A stretch of 48,766 nucleotides of DNA from Promethearchaeati archaeon (GTDB taxonomy: Archaea > Asgardarchaeota > Heimdallarchaeia > Heimdallarchaeales > Heimdallarchaeaceae). Positions 1-11,598 of the stretch are shown one piece after another; the first letter of the stretch is position 1; each line of letters opens with the position of its first letter. Where the stretch lies: contig JABLTJ010000025.1 in the NCBI GenBank assembly GCA_013166775.1, positions 1 to 48,766 of the forward strand, read 5' to 3'. A program made the position numbers and the translations under genes. A model generated the notes under the pieces. It made no database searches and was not told where the DNA came from. It saw only the letters and a list, made by a program, of their open reading frames with translations.

Positions 1-124
1 GCTCAAATTACAAATTTATAAGAATATTGATTAATAAAGAAAGACAAGAAAAAAGAGTATCCACAAACCGTTTTTTCAAGTTTATTTAAGATGTTACACA
101 ATCAATTTAAGTGCTCAATAGTAT

Positions 125-799
125 TTAATCTTTGAAAGCTCTGTTTCTTCGTTTCCTTTTAAGATATGCTCGAACTAAGAACAGAAGGGAAAAGACATAA
201 AACGGTATTTCGAAATCTGCCACTTCTATAGTTTGTGTAGGAGAAACAACTCTGGTATCGTTATTATACTCAAAAAAGTAGATGATGGTTGTTTCACTAA
301 CATCAATAATCAGCTTTTCTGTCACTACAGGAACAGGACAAGTACTGCAATTTGTGTAATCAAACCACAATTCATACCTGCCTAGAGGAAGACTCTTGTT
401 TAGGTGATACCATATCTCGAAATAGAAGTTGTAAGTTTCTTTCTTAATGCCAGGACGAAATGTATGCTGCCCCATTACCCATTCAACACTAAAAGCTTGA
501 TAAACCTCGAGAGTCTTATTCACTAAATTGGTTTTCAATCTAGGAAAAGGGTAAGGAGCACATACAAAGTCTATTGTTATCCAAGATTGTGTAGGATTCT
601 CAATCTGATAATCCACAGTAAAACCAAAAAGAGTATAATTCCGTTTTTCATCCACACCCATTAATGGAGGAAAACTCGCATCCACCACTCTAACAATAAG
701 ATAATCCTCCGCAGCAGAAATTTTTACTGATGGGTAAAAAGTGATCGATAAGATGCGGAGTGCAATTAATTGCCATTTTAAACGTTGAAGCGAATACAT
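125..799 (-). CDS. Putative cell-surface protein (signal-like N-terminus, beta-rich ectodomain, C-terminal TM plus basic tail); paralog of 45674..46339
   Basis: C-terminal hydrophobic stretch FYVFSLLFLV followed by KRKRR; shares TLFG, PGI..FY and LP.G.Y.L blocks with 45674..46339. Confidence 0.7.
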   Translation of the reverse strand: MYSLQRLKWQLIALRILSITFYPSVKISAAEDYLIVRVVDASFPPLMGVDEKRNYTLFGFTVDYQIENPTQSWITIDFVCAPYPFPRLKTNLVNKTLEVYQAFSVEWVMGQHTFRPGIKKETYNFYFEIWYHLNKSLPLGRYELWFDYTNCSTCPVPVVTEKLIIDVSETTIIYFFEYNNDTRVVSPTQTIEVADFEIPFYVFSLLFLVRAYLKRKRRNRAFKD

Positions 800-897
800 G
801 CAGACAACTTTCCATCTGTTTTTGAAATTAAAAAGTTTCTCCCAAATTCTTATTTTTTATTTTTTTATCTCTGAGTTAGTAGATAAAGTGAAAGTAA

Positions 898-1716
898 TCA
901 AAAAGATAAGCTATCACTCAGTTCAATACAAAAAGTGATATCAAATAATATGGTTGAAAATAGAATCAATTTTCTATCAATAACATTTTCTTCATCTAAC
1001 ACATTAGAATTTTGAAGAAGAGAAGAATAGAAATTCACTAGAGCACGAAGTAGATTTCTAGCTAGCTCTTCTTGCTCCCAATTATTAAAATCTCTATGTT
1101 CAAAATCAAAATATTTATTGTAAACTTCCGCTACTAGACTGAAGGATATTCCTACTTCTGGGAAGGATTGGAGAAATTCTCCAGAATTTACTTTCTTATT
1201 TAAGTTTTCTACTGTTTTTCTTATCTTTTCTTCAATATTATATTCTTTAGTTAAACCATATTTTGATAGAAATAATTCAGAAGCGTTATCAGAAAGAATG
1301 TACTTTGCTGTAGGGAGATATTTAAGTTCCTCATCCACAATTTCAAAAAGATCAAACAACTCCCAATCAATGAAACCAGTGAATGTATCAAATCCCTTTA
1401 ATCCGTATTCATTCATTATATTTTCTCTAGACCTTTTTCCATAAATAATATCAATGAATCTTTCTTTTTCTTTTTTGTAAAAATTCTTAAAATTAACAAA
1501 AACGGTAATTTTCTCCTTAATAGTAAAATCACAGTAATCGCATTTTTCTTTATCAACACTTAGAGGATTTTTGCAATTTGAACATAGCTTTTTGTCACCA
1601 TGTAAAAAGACACCACACTTGGCACATAAATCATTATTTGAATTATTGAAAGTATTACAGTTAACACATGGGTAAACGGAAAAAACAGTTTCTTCAGCAG
1701 CCATTTTTACTTCCAT
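898..1716 (-). CDS. Double zinc-ribbon domain protein with helical C-terminal region
   Basis: Four CxxC pairs at the N-terminus (CVNC, CAKC, CSNC, CDYC). Confidence 0.7.
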   Translation of the reverse strand: MEVKMAAEETVFSVYPCVNCNTFNNSNNDLCAKCGVFLHGDKKLCSNCKNPLSVDKEKCDYCDFTIKEKITVFVNFKNFYKKEKERFIDIIYGKRSRENIMNEYGLKGFDTFTGFIDWELFDLFEIVDEELKYLPTAKYILSDNASELFLSKYGLTKEYNIEEKIRKTVENLNKKVNSGEFLQSFPEVGISFSLVAEVYNKYFDFEHRDFNNWEQEELARNLLRALVNFYSSLLQNSNVLDEENVIDRKLILFSTILFDITFCIELSDSLSF

Positions 1717-1817
1717 TTAACATACTTAACTGTACATTTAAGCTTTGCGAGGCAAAAATAAAGCAGATGAATGAAAATGAAAGAGAAAAGAAAAATCAAA
1801 GTAAATGGAATTATGAA

Positions 1818-2405
1818 TTAGATGATATATTCTTCTCGGAATTTCATGTGCTCATTACTGAATTGATGAGAGAGGCGACTGGCATGATAAAAGAGTTTGT
1901 CAACGTTGTGAGAGGAAAGAGCAGAGGTTTCAACGTAATCAAAACGACGGAGACGAACATAGTCGAGAATAGCATCTTTGTCAACAGAACGAGCATCAAC
2001 AAGATCGAATTTGTTACCACAGATGACGATAGGGATGTCGGGGCATTTACCAATAACCTCATTGACCCAAATTTCGACATCGTCGAAGGAGTTCTGGTTG
2101 GTGATGTCGAAAATGATAACGGCGCAGGTAGCACCAGCATAGTATTTGGGGCGGAGATAGGTAAACATCTCTTGGCCTCCCGTGTCCCATAGACTCAGCC
2201 TTAAAGTCTCTGGTTCACTATATAATTTCTTTGTTAAATTTTCATTTAGTTGTTCTTCTGTTAATGTTATTGTTTTTGTCAGCCATGATACACCTAATGT
2301 TGGTATGTAGCTGTGTATGAAAGTGTTTAACGTGAATCTTCTTGCTAAGCTTGTTTTTCCCACAAATGCTGATCCTACACAAATTATTTTTTGTAGTTGA
2401 TTCAT
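1818..2405 (-). CDS. Rab/Ras-like small GTPase
   Basis: G1 GSAFVGKTS, switch I YIPTLG, G3 WDTGGQE, G4 NKFD, G5 ETSA; no C-terminal Cys prenylation motif. Confidence 0.93.
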   Translation of the reverse strand: MNQLQKIICVGSAFVGKTSLARRFTLNTFIHSYIPTLGVSWLTKTITLTEEQLNENLTKKLYSEPETLRLSLWDTGGQEMFTYLRPKYYAGATCAVIIFDITNQNSFDDVEIWVNEVIGKCPDIPIVICGNKFDLVDARSVDKDAILDYVRLRRFDYVETSALSSHNVDKLFYHASRLSHQFSNEHMKFREEYII

Positions 2406-2409
2406 TTTT

Positions 2410-3258
2410 CTATCTCCACACTATTGTTAAAACATCCTGTACTAAACTTAATCCGAGCATTCTTTCCCATTCTCTTTTCATTATCGTTGGTAATTTGTAC
2501 GAAATTATTTGTCTCAGACCTTCTTTTCCGAATTGTTCATCCAGATATTCAATTATATTCTTCATCAGAAGTATGAATTCTCTTTTTACTTCTGTTGTTG
2601 TCCCTTTCTGTATATCCACTTCACAGAAATCAAATCCTTCTTCTTCTTCAATTTTGAACTCTTCTTTCAAATGGTAAGTATTACTCTCAATATAATTTCG
2701 GAAATTCTCTATTATTGATTCAATAGTTACTTCTTTCTCTGCTGCGCTTTCCACTATGTACATCCTTATACCAAGCCATACAGAGTTAAGTATATTTTCA
2801 AAAACTTCTATCATGTTTCTCTTATCTATATCTTCAATATGCAGATCTAAAACATTCCACAGCATAAAGGAGTGTGCGAGAGACTCTGATACTTCTCTCC
2901 TCTTTATTCCTTCTAGTTCTAACAGAAACTCATTTGTGCTTTCTTCATCCGTTATTTCAAAAGCGTTTAGAAATAATTTCATGAAGAAGAATAATTGTGA
3001 GGAAACCATATCTGTTGAATAATTAGGTGGGCTTAAAAGAACAAACAGAAAGGAGTACTTACTCATGAATAAAATTTTGGAGTTCTTAAATTTCAAAACC
3101 TGTAATTCGTTAAGAGTTGGTTGTTCTTCTGTTTCTTTGTAAAATGAAAGTAGTAATCGAATGATAGCATCTACTTCTGTTTCATCAGTACTTATCTTTA
3201 ATGGCCTGCAAAATAGCACGTCCATCTTTTCTTTATTTATGATGTAGAATCCCATCAT
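2410..3258 (-). CDS. Longin-like domain protein, probably co-transcribed with the Rab-like GTPase
   Basis: N-terminal beta-beta-alpha-beta-beta-beta-alpha pattern (GFYIIN..DVLFCR / AIIRLLLSF / LKF..KILF..FLFVLL / QLFFFMKLF); 4-bp gap to the GTPase. Confidence 0.6.
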   Translation of the reverse strand: MMGFYIINKEKMDVLFCRPLKISTDETEVDAIIRLLLSFYKETEEQPTLNELQVLKFKNSKILFMSKYSFLFVLLSPPNYSTDMVSSQLFFFMKLFLNAFEITDEESTNEFLLELEGIKRREVSESLAHSFMLWNVLDLHIEDIDKRNMIEVFENILNSVWLGIRMYIVESAAEKEVTIESIIENFRNYIESNTYHLKEEFKIEEEEGFDFCEVDIQKGTTTEVKREFILLMKNIIEYLDEQFGKEGLRQIISYKLPTIMKREWERMLGLSLVQDVLTIVWR

Positions 3259-3385
3259 TATTCGAGCAACTCTTCAAGGATTAATGTGAGAAATTTATCT
3301 CTTGATTATATATTTAAAATAACATATAGGCAACATTAATCTCGAAACATGAAAAAGAAGTTTGATGGTTTTACTTTATCAATTT

Positions 3386-5599
<2,214 letters not shown>

Positions 5600-5747
5600 T
5601 TATTTTACGCTTATTTTCCGATTATCTTTGAGCTTTATAATGGTTTGTTTTATGTCGTTCTATCACACTTATACCTTCAGAAAAATCATATATAAACTGG
5701 TCTTAATCACGAATAATTTTAGTTTTTCTTAAGATAAAAAAACTGCA

Positions 5748-6671
5748 TTAAAACCTGAAGGTTAGTTTTAATGCACCCTCCTTACAAGCATCGATACAAT
5801 CACCACAATTCGTACACATTTTATCTGTTACATCCCGATCAAAAGTTAAAATCGGAATTTGTACAGGGCACGCTTGTTCACAATCATTACAACCACTTAA
5901 ACAACGGTTTTTATTCAAACGAATACCTAAAAGACTAAATCTGCTGAAGATGCCTAGGAGTGCTCCAGTTGGGCAGAACCATCTACAATAAGCTCTGGGA
6001 TATAATGTAATAAGTACTAAAACAACTATGAATATGATTATTCTTAGAAAGAAGATAAATCTCCAATCACCCATTTCAGCACCAAGAGTAGTTCCTTGAA
6101 TTCCCCATCGTAAATAATAGTAGAGTGAAGCGAAAAGTGTTGATGCGGGATCTATTGTACTAAACGGCATATCTTTTCCTGTCCCAAAAGCACTTTTTGC
6201 TCCGCTTCTCATGTAAGTTAAACCAATGATAAAAGACATCAATAATACAAAAATCACAATACCTATTCCAATTCTGCTAAGATTTTTATTTGTAGGTTTC
6301 GAAACTTTCTTCTTTTTGATTGGAATAATTCTGAAAATATCTTGAAATAAACCAAAGGGACAAACCCAACCACAAGTAGTTTTACCAAAAATGGTACCAA
6401 ACAATGCAAATATAGAAATTGCTAGGTATGGAAAAATCCAGAAAGTCATTGCATACTGTAATGCTTCAAAAGCATTCCAAGTAGTACCAAATTGAGCACC
6501 TGTTGGAAATTCAATTGGCAATAGTACACTTACTCTGCCCAAACCAAAGATAGCTCCATTCAGTAGACCAAATGATATGATTTGAACAATTACTCGGATA
6601 ATCTTAATTCGGTGTTCACTTATTGGACGTAAAGCAGTAGTTATTTTTGTTTTGATCTCCTTTGTTGCCAT
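5748..6671 (-). CDS. Membrane polyferredoxin (NapH/MauN-like 4Fe-4S binding protein)
   Basis: TM helices, two CxxxCP motifs (CGWVCPFG, CRWFCPTG), C-terminal 2x[4Fe-4S] ferredoxin motifs. Confidence 0.88.
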   Translation of the reverse strand: MATKEIKTKITTALRPISEHRIKIIRVIVQIISFGLLNGAIFGLGRVSVLLPIEFPTGAQFGTTWNAFEALQYAMTFWIFPYLAISIFALFGTIFGKTTCGWVCPFGLFQDIFRIIPIKKKKVSKPTNKNLSRIGIGIVIFVLLMSFIIGLTYMRSGAKSAFGTGKDMPFSTIDPASTLFASLYYYLRWGIQGTTLGAEMGDWRFIFFLRIIIFIVVLVLITLYPRAYCRWFCPTGALLGIFSRFSLLGIRLNKNRCLSGCNDCEQACPVQIPILTFDRDVTDKMCTNCGDCIDACKEGALKLTFRF

Positions 6672-6692
6672 GATATCACTCTTCCTTTTCTC

Positions 6693-6890
6693 CTAAGCCC
6701 ATGGACGTGGAAAACCCGCTACATAAGTATTCAAGAAATCTTGTACTTGAGTTTCTGTAAAAGTACTAATTGTTTCATAAAGATTAGCTTGTTGATGTAC
6801 AAATGCAATTAATAAGAAAATTATTCCTATTGAGAGGAAGAATATTAGATATATTCGTGCTCGGGTATTCATGATGACTGAAGACTTCAA
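6693..6890 (-). CDS. Small single-TM protein upstream of the polyferredoxin (likely start ATG at 6872)
   Basis: Hydrophobic stretch IYLIFFLSIGIIFLLIAFV; 21-bp gap to the polyferredoxin. Confidence 0.6.
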   Translation of the reverse strand: MKSSVIMNTRARIYLIFFLSIGIIFLLIAFVHQQANLYETISTFTETQVQDFLNTYVAGFPRPWA

Positions 6891-7077
6891 AAAACTTACT
6901 TATTAAAAGTTTTACTTTAAGAAATCTATTTTCCTAAATTGATATCATTCTCATAGTTAATTGAGAGAGAGCTAAAAATTAGGGCGATTTTATCCAATAT
7001 TAGAACAAAACTATCTTCTCGCAATCATAATGCATTTAAACTGTTGAAATTAAACACTATACAGGAGTTCAAGTGAA

Positions 7078-7329
7078 ATGTGGAAAGTTACACCACTAAA
7101 GTCATGCATTCTGGCAATTTTAGAAAAACGAGGCGGAATTCTTTTAGAGAACGATTTAGAAAATCCTTTGAAAGAGATGTATGGTGATTTCAGTGAATCA
7201 GAATTAAATAAAGCACTAATGACACTCGAAAATCAAGGATTAGTTCATGTAACTTGGATTTCAAAAACAAGAAGAAGAATTCAGAAAATGACAAAGGATA
7301 TGGGATTTCTAGCTATTGGTGAAGACTAG
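7078..7329 (+). CDS. Small archaeal winged-helix protein
   Basis: wHTH pattern (ILAILEK..L...SESELNKALMTLENQGLVHV); AGGAG SD-like sequence upstream. Confidence 0.75.
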   Translation: MWKVTPLKSCILAILEKRGGILLENDLENPLKEMYGDFSESELNKALMTLENQGLVHVTWISKTRRRIQKMTKDMGFLAIGED

Positions 7330-7365
7330 TTTGGAAATGATTTTTCACAATATCTTAGCACACAT

Positions 7366-8619
7366 TTACTTGGTATAAATCACAAGTTTTCTGTTTATTA
7401 TATTGTGCTTTCTCCCAATCTGAACAGGTAGTTTTACATTGAATAATGTACTTTTAGTTTGAAACTCTAATTTGCAGTTTTTAGCAATCTTTTGATAATC
7501 AGGATATATTGAATAATCTTGCGAATATCTATATTCAGGAATGATTAGGATAACCCGATGACCTGTCTTTAGATATTCCACACTTTTTTGTAAAACCTTT
7601 GTATAGAGTTTTTCCAGCATGGTCATTGTATCCTTAGCTTTTTCTTTGGTTGGTAGTTCCTTGATGAAAGGACCAAGATATGGTTCAGTTACCAGTCCTC
7701 CAATTTTAATATCAATTACTTCGTTGAGATTTTGAGAATCAAGAAGGTATATCGACCACTTGTCTTTCATTCGTTCCTTAGAAGGAAATTTCATTGAGAA
7801 ATGATTTAAATTAGCTTTACTTGCCCTAACACTTTTTGGATCTCTATCTATTCCTATTGCTTGTAAGTTTTGTTTAAGTCCTTCCAGTAAAATTGTTCCT
7901 GTTCCACAAAAAGGATCAAACAAAACATCTCCTTCCTGTATTTTTGAGAGATTCACTAGAGTCCTAGCTAATTTTATTGAAGTACCATGAGTAAAGAGCC
8001 GAACTGGTCTTTCTTCATCTTGTTTTATGTCCTTAAGTGGATTAGTTACCCACTTTAGATGTCCAATAAAAATTGTTGATTTTATAACCAAGCAAGTTAT
8101 TTCAATTCCTCGCTTATGAAAATTTTCTTTGAAAAATTGATATGGGGATAATTCAGATGTCTCTTTTTTTGGGGAACGGATTTTTGATTCAAAAAGTAAA
8201 TCAGATGATGTTTGATATATAGATTTCTTGATTATACTATTGAGTTGTTTTCTAATTGTAATTGTAGAAGTTTGGATATTTATTGAAAACTTAATTTTTC
8301 TTGTTTTCTGAATTGGTAAAGTTTGAAGTGTTTTTTTAAGATAAGCAATAATTTTAGGTTTCAACTCATTTAAGTCATTCACTTTTTCTTCAAGCTCAAT
8401 AAAACCTGCTTTAATTATACTCCCAGATTTTTCCAGAGATTTGATCAATTTGGTCTGTTGTTCTTTACTCAATTCCAGTAAAAGATATTTTTTCCATTCC
8501 TGGAACTTTAACTCCGTTATCGAAAATTCTTCCAAAATCGACGATAACTCTAGCTTAGACAATTCACCGTTAGCTCCTAGTTTTATAAAAGTGTTGAAAG
8601 AGAGTGACATTTTAATCAT
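7366..8619 (-). CDS. tRNA guanine-N2 methyltransferase, Trm11/TrmG10-like (THUMP-like plus SAM MTase)
   Basis: KLARTLVNLS, motif I DPFCGTGT, motif IV-like TEPYLG. Confidence 0.78.
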   Translation of the reverse strand: MIKMSLSFNTFIKLGANGELSKLELSSILEEFSITELKFQEWKKYLLLELSKEQQTKLIKSLEKSGSIIKAGFIELEEKVNDLNELKPKIIAYLKKTLQTLPIQKTRKIKFSINIQTSTITIRKQLNSIIKKSIYQTSSDLLFESKIRSPKKETSELSPYQFFKENFHKRGIEITCLVIKSTIFIGHLKWVTNPLKDIKQDEERPVRLFTHGTSIKLARTLVNLSKIQEGDVLFDPFCGTGTILLEGLKQNLQAIGIDRDPKSVRASKANLNHFSMKFPSKERMKDKWSIYLLDSQNLNEVIDIKIGGLVTEPYLGPFIKELPTKEKAKDTMTMLEKLYTKVLQKSVEYLKTGHRVILIIPEYRYSQDYSIYPDYQKIAKNCKLEFQTKSTLFNVKLPVQIGRKHNIINRKLVIYTK

Positions 8620-9674
8620 TAACCAAAAAAAGCATCGAGACTCTTCTGCTTAAGAGCTGTATCTTGTCCTTTCTTTGCTTTTTGCAAAGTGCTGGCTACT
8701 CGTTCTTTGTTAAAACCTCTTTCTTCACACAAGAATTGGATGATGCCATCCACATCAAGGGATTTAAAAATTAGGCTATAATCTTCAGTAACAACTGGAT
8801 TGAGAAATACATTTCGTATTTCTCCAAAATCCTCATCAACGATAATTTTTTCTTCTTTCTCTATAACATCTTCTAAACTTCCGTGTTCTTTTATGAGTTT
8901 GAAAGCCGTTTTAGGTCCTACTCCTTTTACTCCCCCAGGATTAAAATCTGTACCTATCAAAATAGACATATCAATTAGCTGTTCTCTAGTAATATCTAAT
9001 GTTCGTAATAACTCATTCTGATGAAATTCTTCAACGTTAACTGTAACGGTTCTTGTGGATCTTGGGAGTTTTCTTTGACCAGAAAGAGTAAGATTTCTTA
9101 TTAGAACAGGGGAACCGAATAATAAACTGTCATAATCTTGAGACGCAACAGCCCACACTTTTTTCTGGTTTACTAGATGAGCAGCTTGAGCTTCACCTTC
9201 TTGAGGTGCTTCAATCACTGGGATACCCATTAATTCCAATAATCTTTTGCTATCATTTATCATGTTTGTTGTTACAGCGCTTGTTCTTTGTGCAACTACT
9301 CGTGCCCGTGCCATATCTCCTCGTTCTAGTGCTTCTTCATACTCTTCCCTCGCTTTTCTTTTAACTTCACCCCTTCGTTTAATTTCTTCTCTCTTCAGCA
9401 CTGAAGGTTTTCCATCAAAAACATAAGCTAGCTGGATTCCTTTTTCAATAAGTCTAGCATTTCTGTATAACAAACCTGATAAATGACTAGTCACGGTACC
9501 TTCAGAATCCGAGAGCAGACTGCCATCATAACCTCTTATAGAGGCTAGGAACTGGTATATGATATTATATGCATCAATAGCAAGTTTTTTTTGTCTAAGT
9601 TGATCTAATTCAATAGGAGTACCCTTAAACAGCTCACTTATTTTTTTGACACCCATCGACGATCTACCTATCAT
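8619..9674 (-). CDS. fen: Flap endonuclease 1 (likely start ATG at 9656)
   Basis: MGV start, DAYNIIYQFL, TSHLSGL, EGEAQ, SQDYD, GTDFN; C-terminal PIP box QKSLDAFF. Confidence 0.97.
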   Translation of the reverse strand: MIGRSSMGVKKISELFKGTPIELDQLRQKKLAIDAYNIIYQFLASIRGYDGSLLSDSEGTVTSHLSGLLYRNARLIEKGIQLAYVFDGKPSVLKREEIKRRGEVKRKAREEYEEALERGDMARARVVAQRTSAVTTNMINDSKRLLELMGIPVIEAPQEGEAQAAHLVNQKKVWAVASQDYDSLLFGSPVLIRNLTLSGQRKLPRSTRTVTVNVEEFHQNELLRTLDITREQLIDMSILIGTDFNPGGVKGVGPKTAFKLIKEHGSLEDVIEKEEKIIVDEDFGEIRNVFLNPVVTEDYSLIFKSLDVDGIIQFLCEERGFNKERVASTLQKAKKGQDTALKQKSLDAFFG

Positions 9675-9721
9675 TTGTTATATTTAATTTGAAATTAAAA
9701 ACTTGTCTAAAATGAGAAAAT

Positions 9722-10402
9722 CTATCCATATTTCCCAGTTAAAGGAACAAAAGCTACTCCACCCATGCTTCTTTCATTAAAATCTTTTTCAGATTTTTTT
9801 TCAATAATTACTAACTCTTGGTAAAACATTCTTCCAACTGGAATTATGAGCTTTCCATTAATTTTGAGTTGTTCCAGCAAAGGAGGTGGAATTTGTTTAC
9901 TAGCTGCTGCTACTGAGATTATATCATATGGCCCTTCTGATGGATGACCTATTCCTCCATCTCCTTGAATAATTGTTACACGATCAGAATAACCCGTTCG
10001 TTCAATATTATTTTTTGCAAATTCTACAAGCTCTGGGATTATCTCGACAGCATAAACATGACCTGGATTGTCAACTCCTTCAGGAGCAACCATTTCTGCA
10101 AACATAGCAGCATTGTAACCACTACCTGCTCCTACTTCAAGGATCTTGTTCCCAATCTGCGGATCTGAACATGAAGAGGAGATGTAAATCATTACCATGT
10201 GAATAGCACTGATTGTTTGTCCAGATAGAATTGGAAGAGGAGTATCAATGTAAGCCCTTTCCTTGTATTTTTCAAGAACAAATTCTTCTCTTGGTACGTT
10301 TAGAAAAGCTTGCTTCATCTGTTCAGTGACATTTATCCTATGAGTACGTAATCTTGATAAAACATCAATTTTTGTTTTCAGTAATTCTTCTTCTATGGAC
10401 AT
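9722..10402 (-). CDS. pcm: Protein-L-isoaspartate O-methyltransferase
   Basis: VPREEF, GQTISA, LEVGAGSGY, PYDII, FVPL motifs. Confidence 0.95.
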   Translation of the reverse strand: MSIEEELLKTKIDVLSRLRTHRINVTEQMKQAFLNVPREEFVLEKYKERAYIDTPLPILSGQTISAIHMVMIYISSSCSDPQIGNKILEVGAGSGYNAAMFAEMVAPEGVDNPGHVYAVEIIPELVEFAKNNIERTGYSDRVTIIQGDGGIGHPSEGPYDIISVAAASKQIPPPLLEQLKINGKLIIPVGRMFYQELVIIEKKSEKDFNERSMGGVAFVPLTGKYG

Positions 10403-10664
10403 ATCTTTTCACAAAAATCTCTTTCAGATAGAGAGTCTATCCTTCAGACTTAATTAAATTTTGGTCAAATATGCAAGAATTTCACATGTAAAGCTAATTA
10501 GGTGAGTTTTTATAATAAACTATGAAAGAAAATTAGGTTATGCATATTTTGTGGAGAGTATCATAAGTTTTTAAAAATAGATTATAATAAGTATATATCA
10601 GCCTTGATAATAAAAGTAAAAAGTAGCAATAAATACAGTTACCTATTGAAAAGGAGAATTTCTA

Positions 10665-10964
10665 ATGATATCAGGAAAACAATTTGAAGAAACATTAAAG
10701 TCATTAGCGTCACATCCAGGAGTTAGAGGAGTTATAATAACAAGTAATGATGGTTTACCAATTTCAAGTACAGAGAACCTCAGCATGGAAATGCGAGAAA
10801 ATGTATCTGCTCTGGTTGCCTCATTAGTTGGACGAGCAAAAGCAGTAGTTAACGAGCTTAACGAAGGAGAACTAAACTTTTTCACATTAGATACTAGCCA
10901 AGGGGAAATTCTTGTTGCCCCAGAAAATGATTATGTTTTAATTGTGTTAAGAGAGAAAAGATGA
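10665..10964 (+). CDS. Roadblock/LC7 protein, dynein light chain roadblock-like
   Basis: EETLK..GVRGVII...GLPISST...KAVV...[14 protein letters not shown]; GGAG SD. Confidence 0.9.
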   Translation: MISGKQFEETLKSLASHPGVRGVIITSNDGLPISSTENLSMEMRENVSALVASLVGRAKAVVNELNEGELNFFTLDTSQGEILVAPENDYVLIVLREKR

Positions 10965-11013
10965 GAAAACTACCCTATAGAAACAGAACAAGAGAAAAGA
11001 TGATGAGGACAAG

Positions 11014-11586
11014 ATGAGGAAAGACGCATCAGGGAAAATGCATTTCAAATTGGTCTTTGTTGGACCAAGCTTAGCTGGAAAAACTACGCTTCTTAAAAGG
11101 CTACATACAGATGTTACCGGTATCAAGAAAGGAGGGCTAAATAGTATTGAAGATCCCTCAGGAAGAACAATTTATTTTGATTTCAGTCCATTTATGGCAA
11201 CATCATCTGTTATTCTAGATATATACACAGTAGCAGGACAAAGAAGACACAGGCATCAACGATCACTTGTTCTAAAGGGTGTGGATGGTTTACTATTTGT
11301 AGCTGACTCATCTCGAGCAATGTTAGCCGATAATGTTGAGTCTGCTGAAGAGCTAAAACGTGAATTGGGAGATAAAATCGGAGGAGAGATTCCTATTGTT
11401 ATTTCTCTGAATAAAAGAGATGCCCCTGATGCAATGCCAAAGAGAGAATTGGTAGATGCTATGGATTTAGGAACAAATATACCAGTTTATGAAACAATAG
11501 CAATCGAAGGGATTGGAGTAAAGAGATGTTTCCAATCATTAGCTAGAGAAGTTCTTCTAAAGAAACTGTATGCTGTTGAACAATAA
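11014..11586 (+). CDS. MglA-like small GTPase
   Basis: GPSLAGKTT, RTIYFDF, YTVAGQ, LKGVDG..FVADS, NKRD; lies downstream of a roadblock gene. Confidence 0.9.
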   Translation: MRKDASGKMHFKLVFVGPSLAGKTTLLKRLHTDVTGIKKGGLNSIEDPSGRTIYFDFSPFMATSSVILDIYTVAGQRRHRHQRSLVLKGVDGLLFVADSSRAMLADNVESAEELKRELGDKIGGEIPIVISLNKRDAPDAMPKRELVDAMDLGTNIPVYETIAIEGIGVKRCFQSLAREVLLKKLYAVEQ

Positions 11587-11598
11587 GGATACAATTTT

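Noticed and set aside
1818-2190. Diversity-generating retroelement as the cause of A-poor codons
   Set aside because: No reverse transcriptase and no template/variable repeat pair in the window; the bias is synonymous
1668-2192. 174-aa antisense ORF over the Rab-like gene
   Set aside because: It is codon-aligned with the GTPase and stays open only because the GTPase 3' half lacks TTA/CTA/TCA codons; it has no recognisable motifs
7078-7329. Small wHTH as an ESCRT-II (Vps25-like) component
   Set aside because: Generic wHTH pattern; no ESCRT genes nearby and no diagnostic motif
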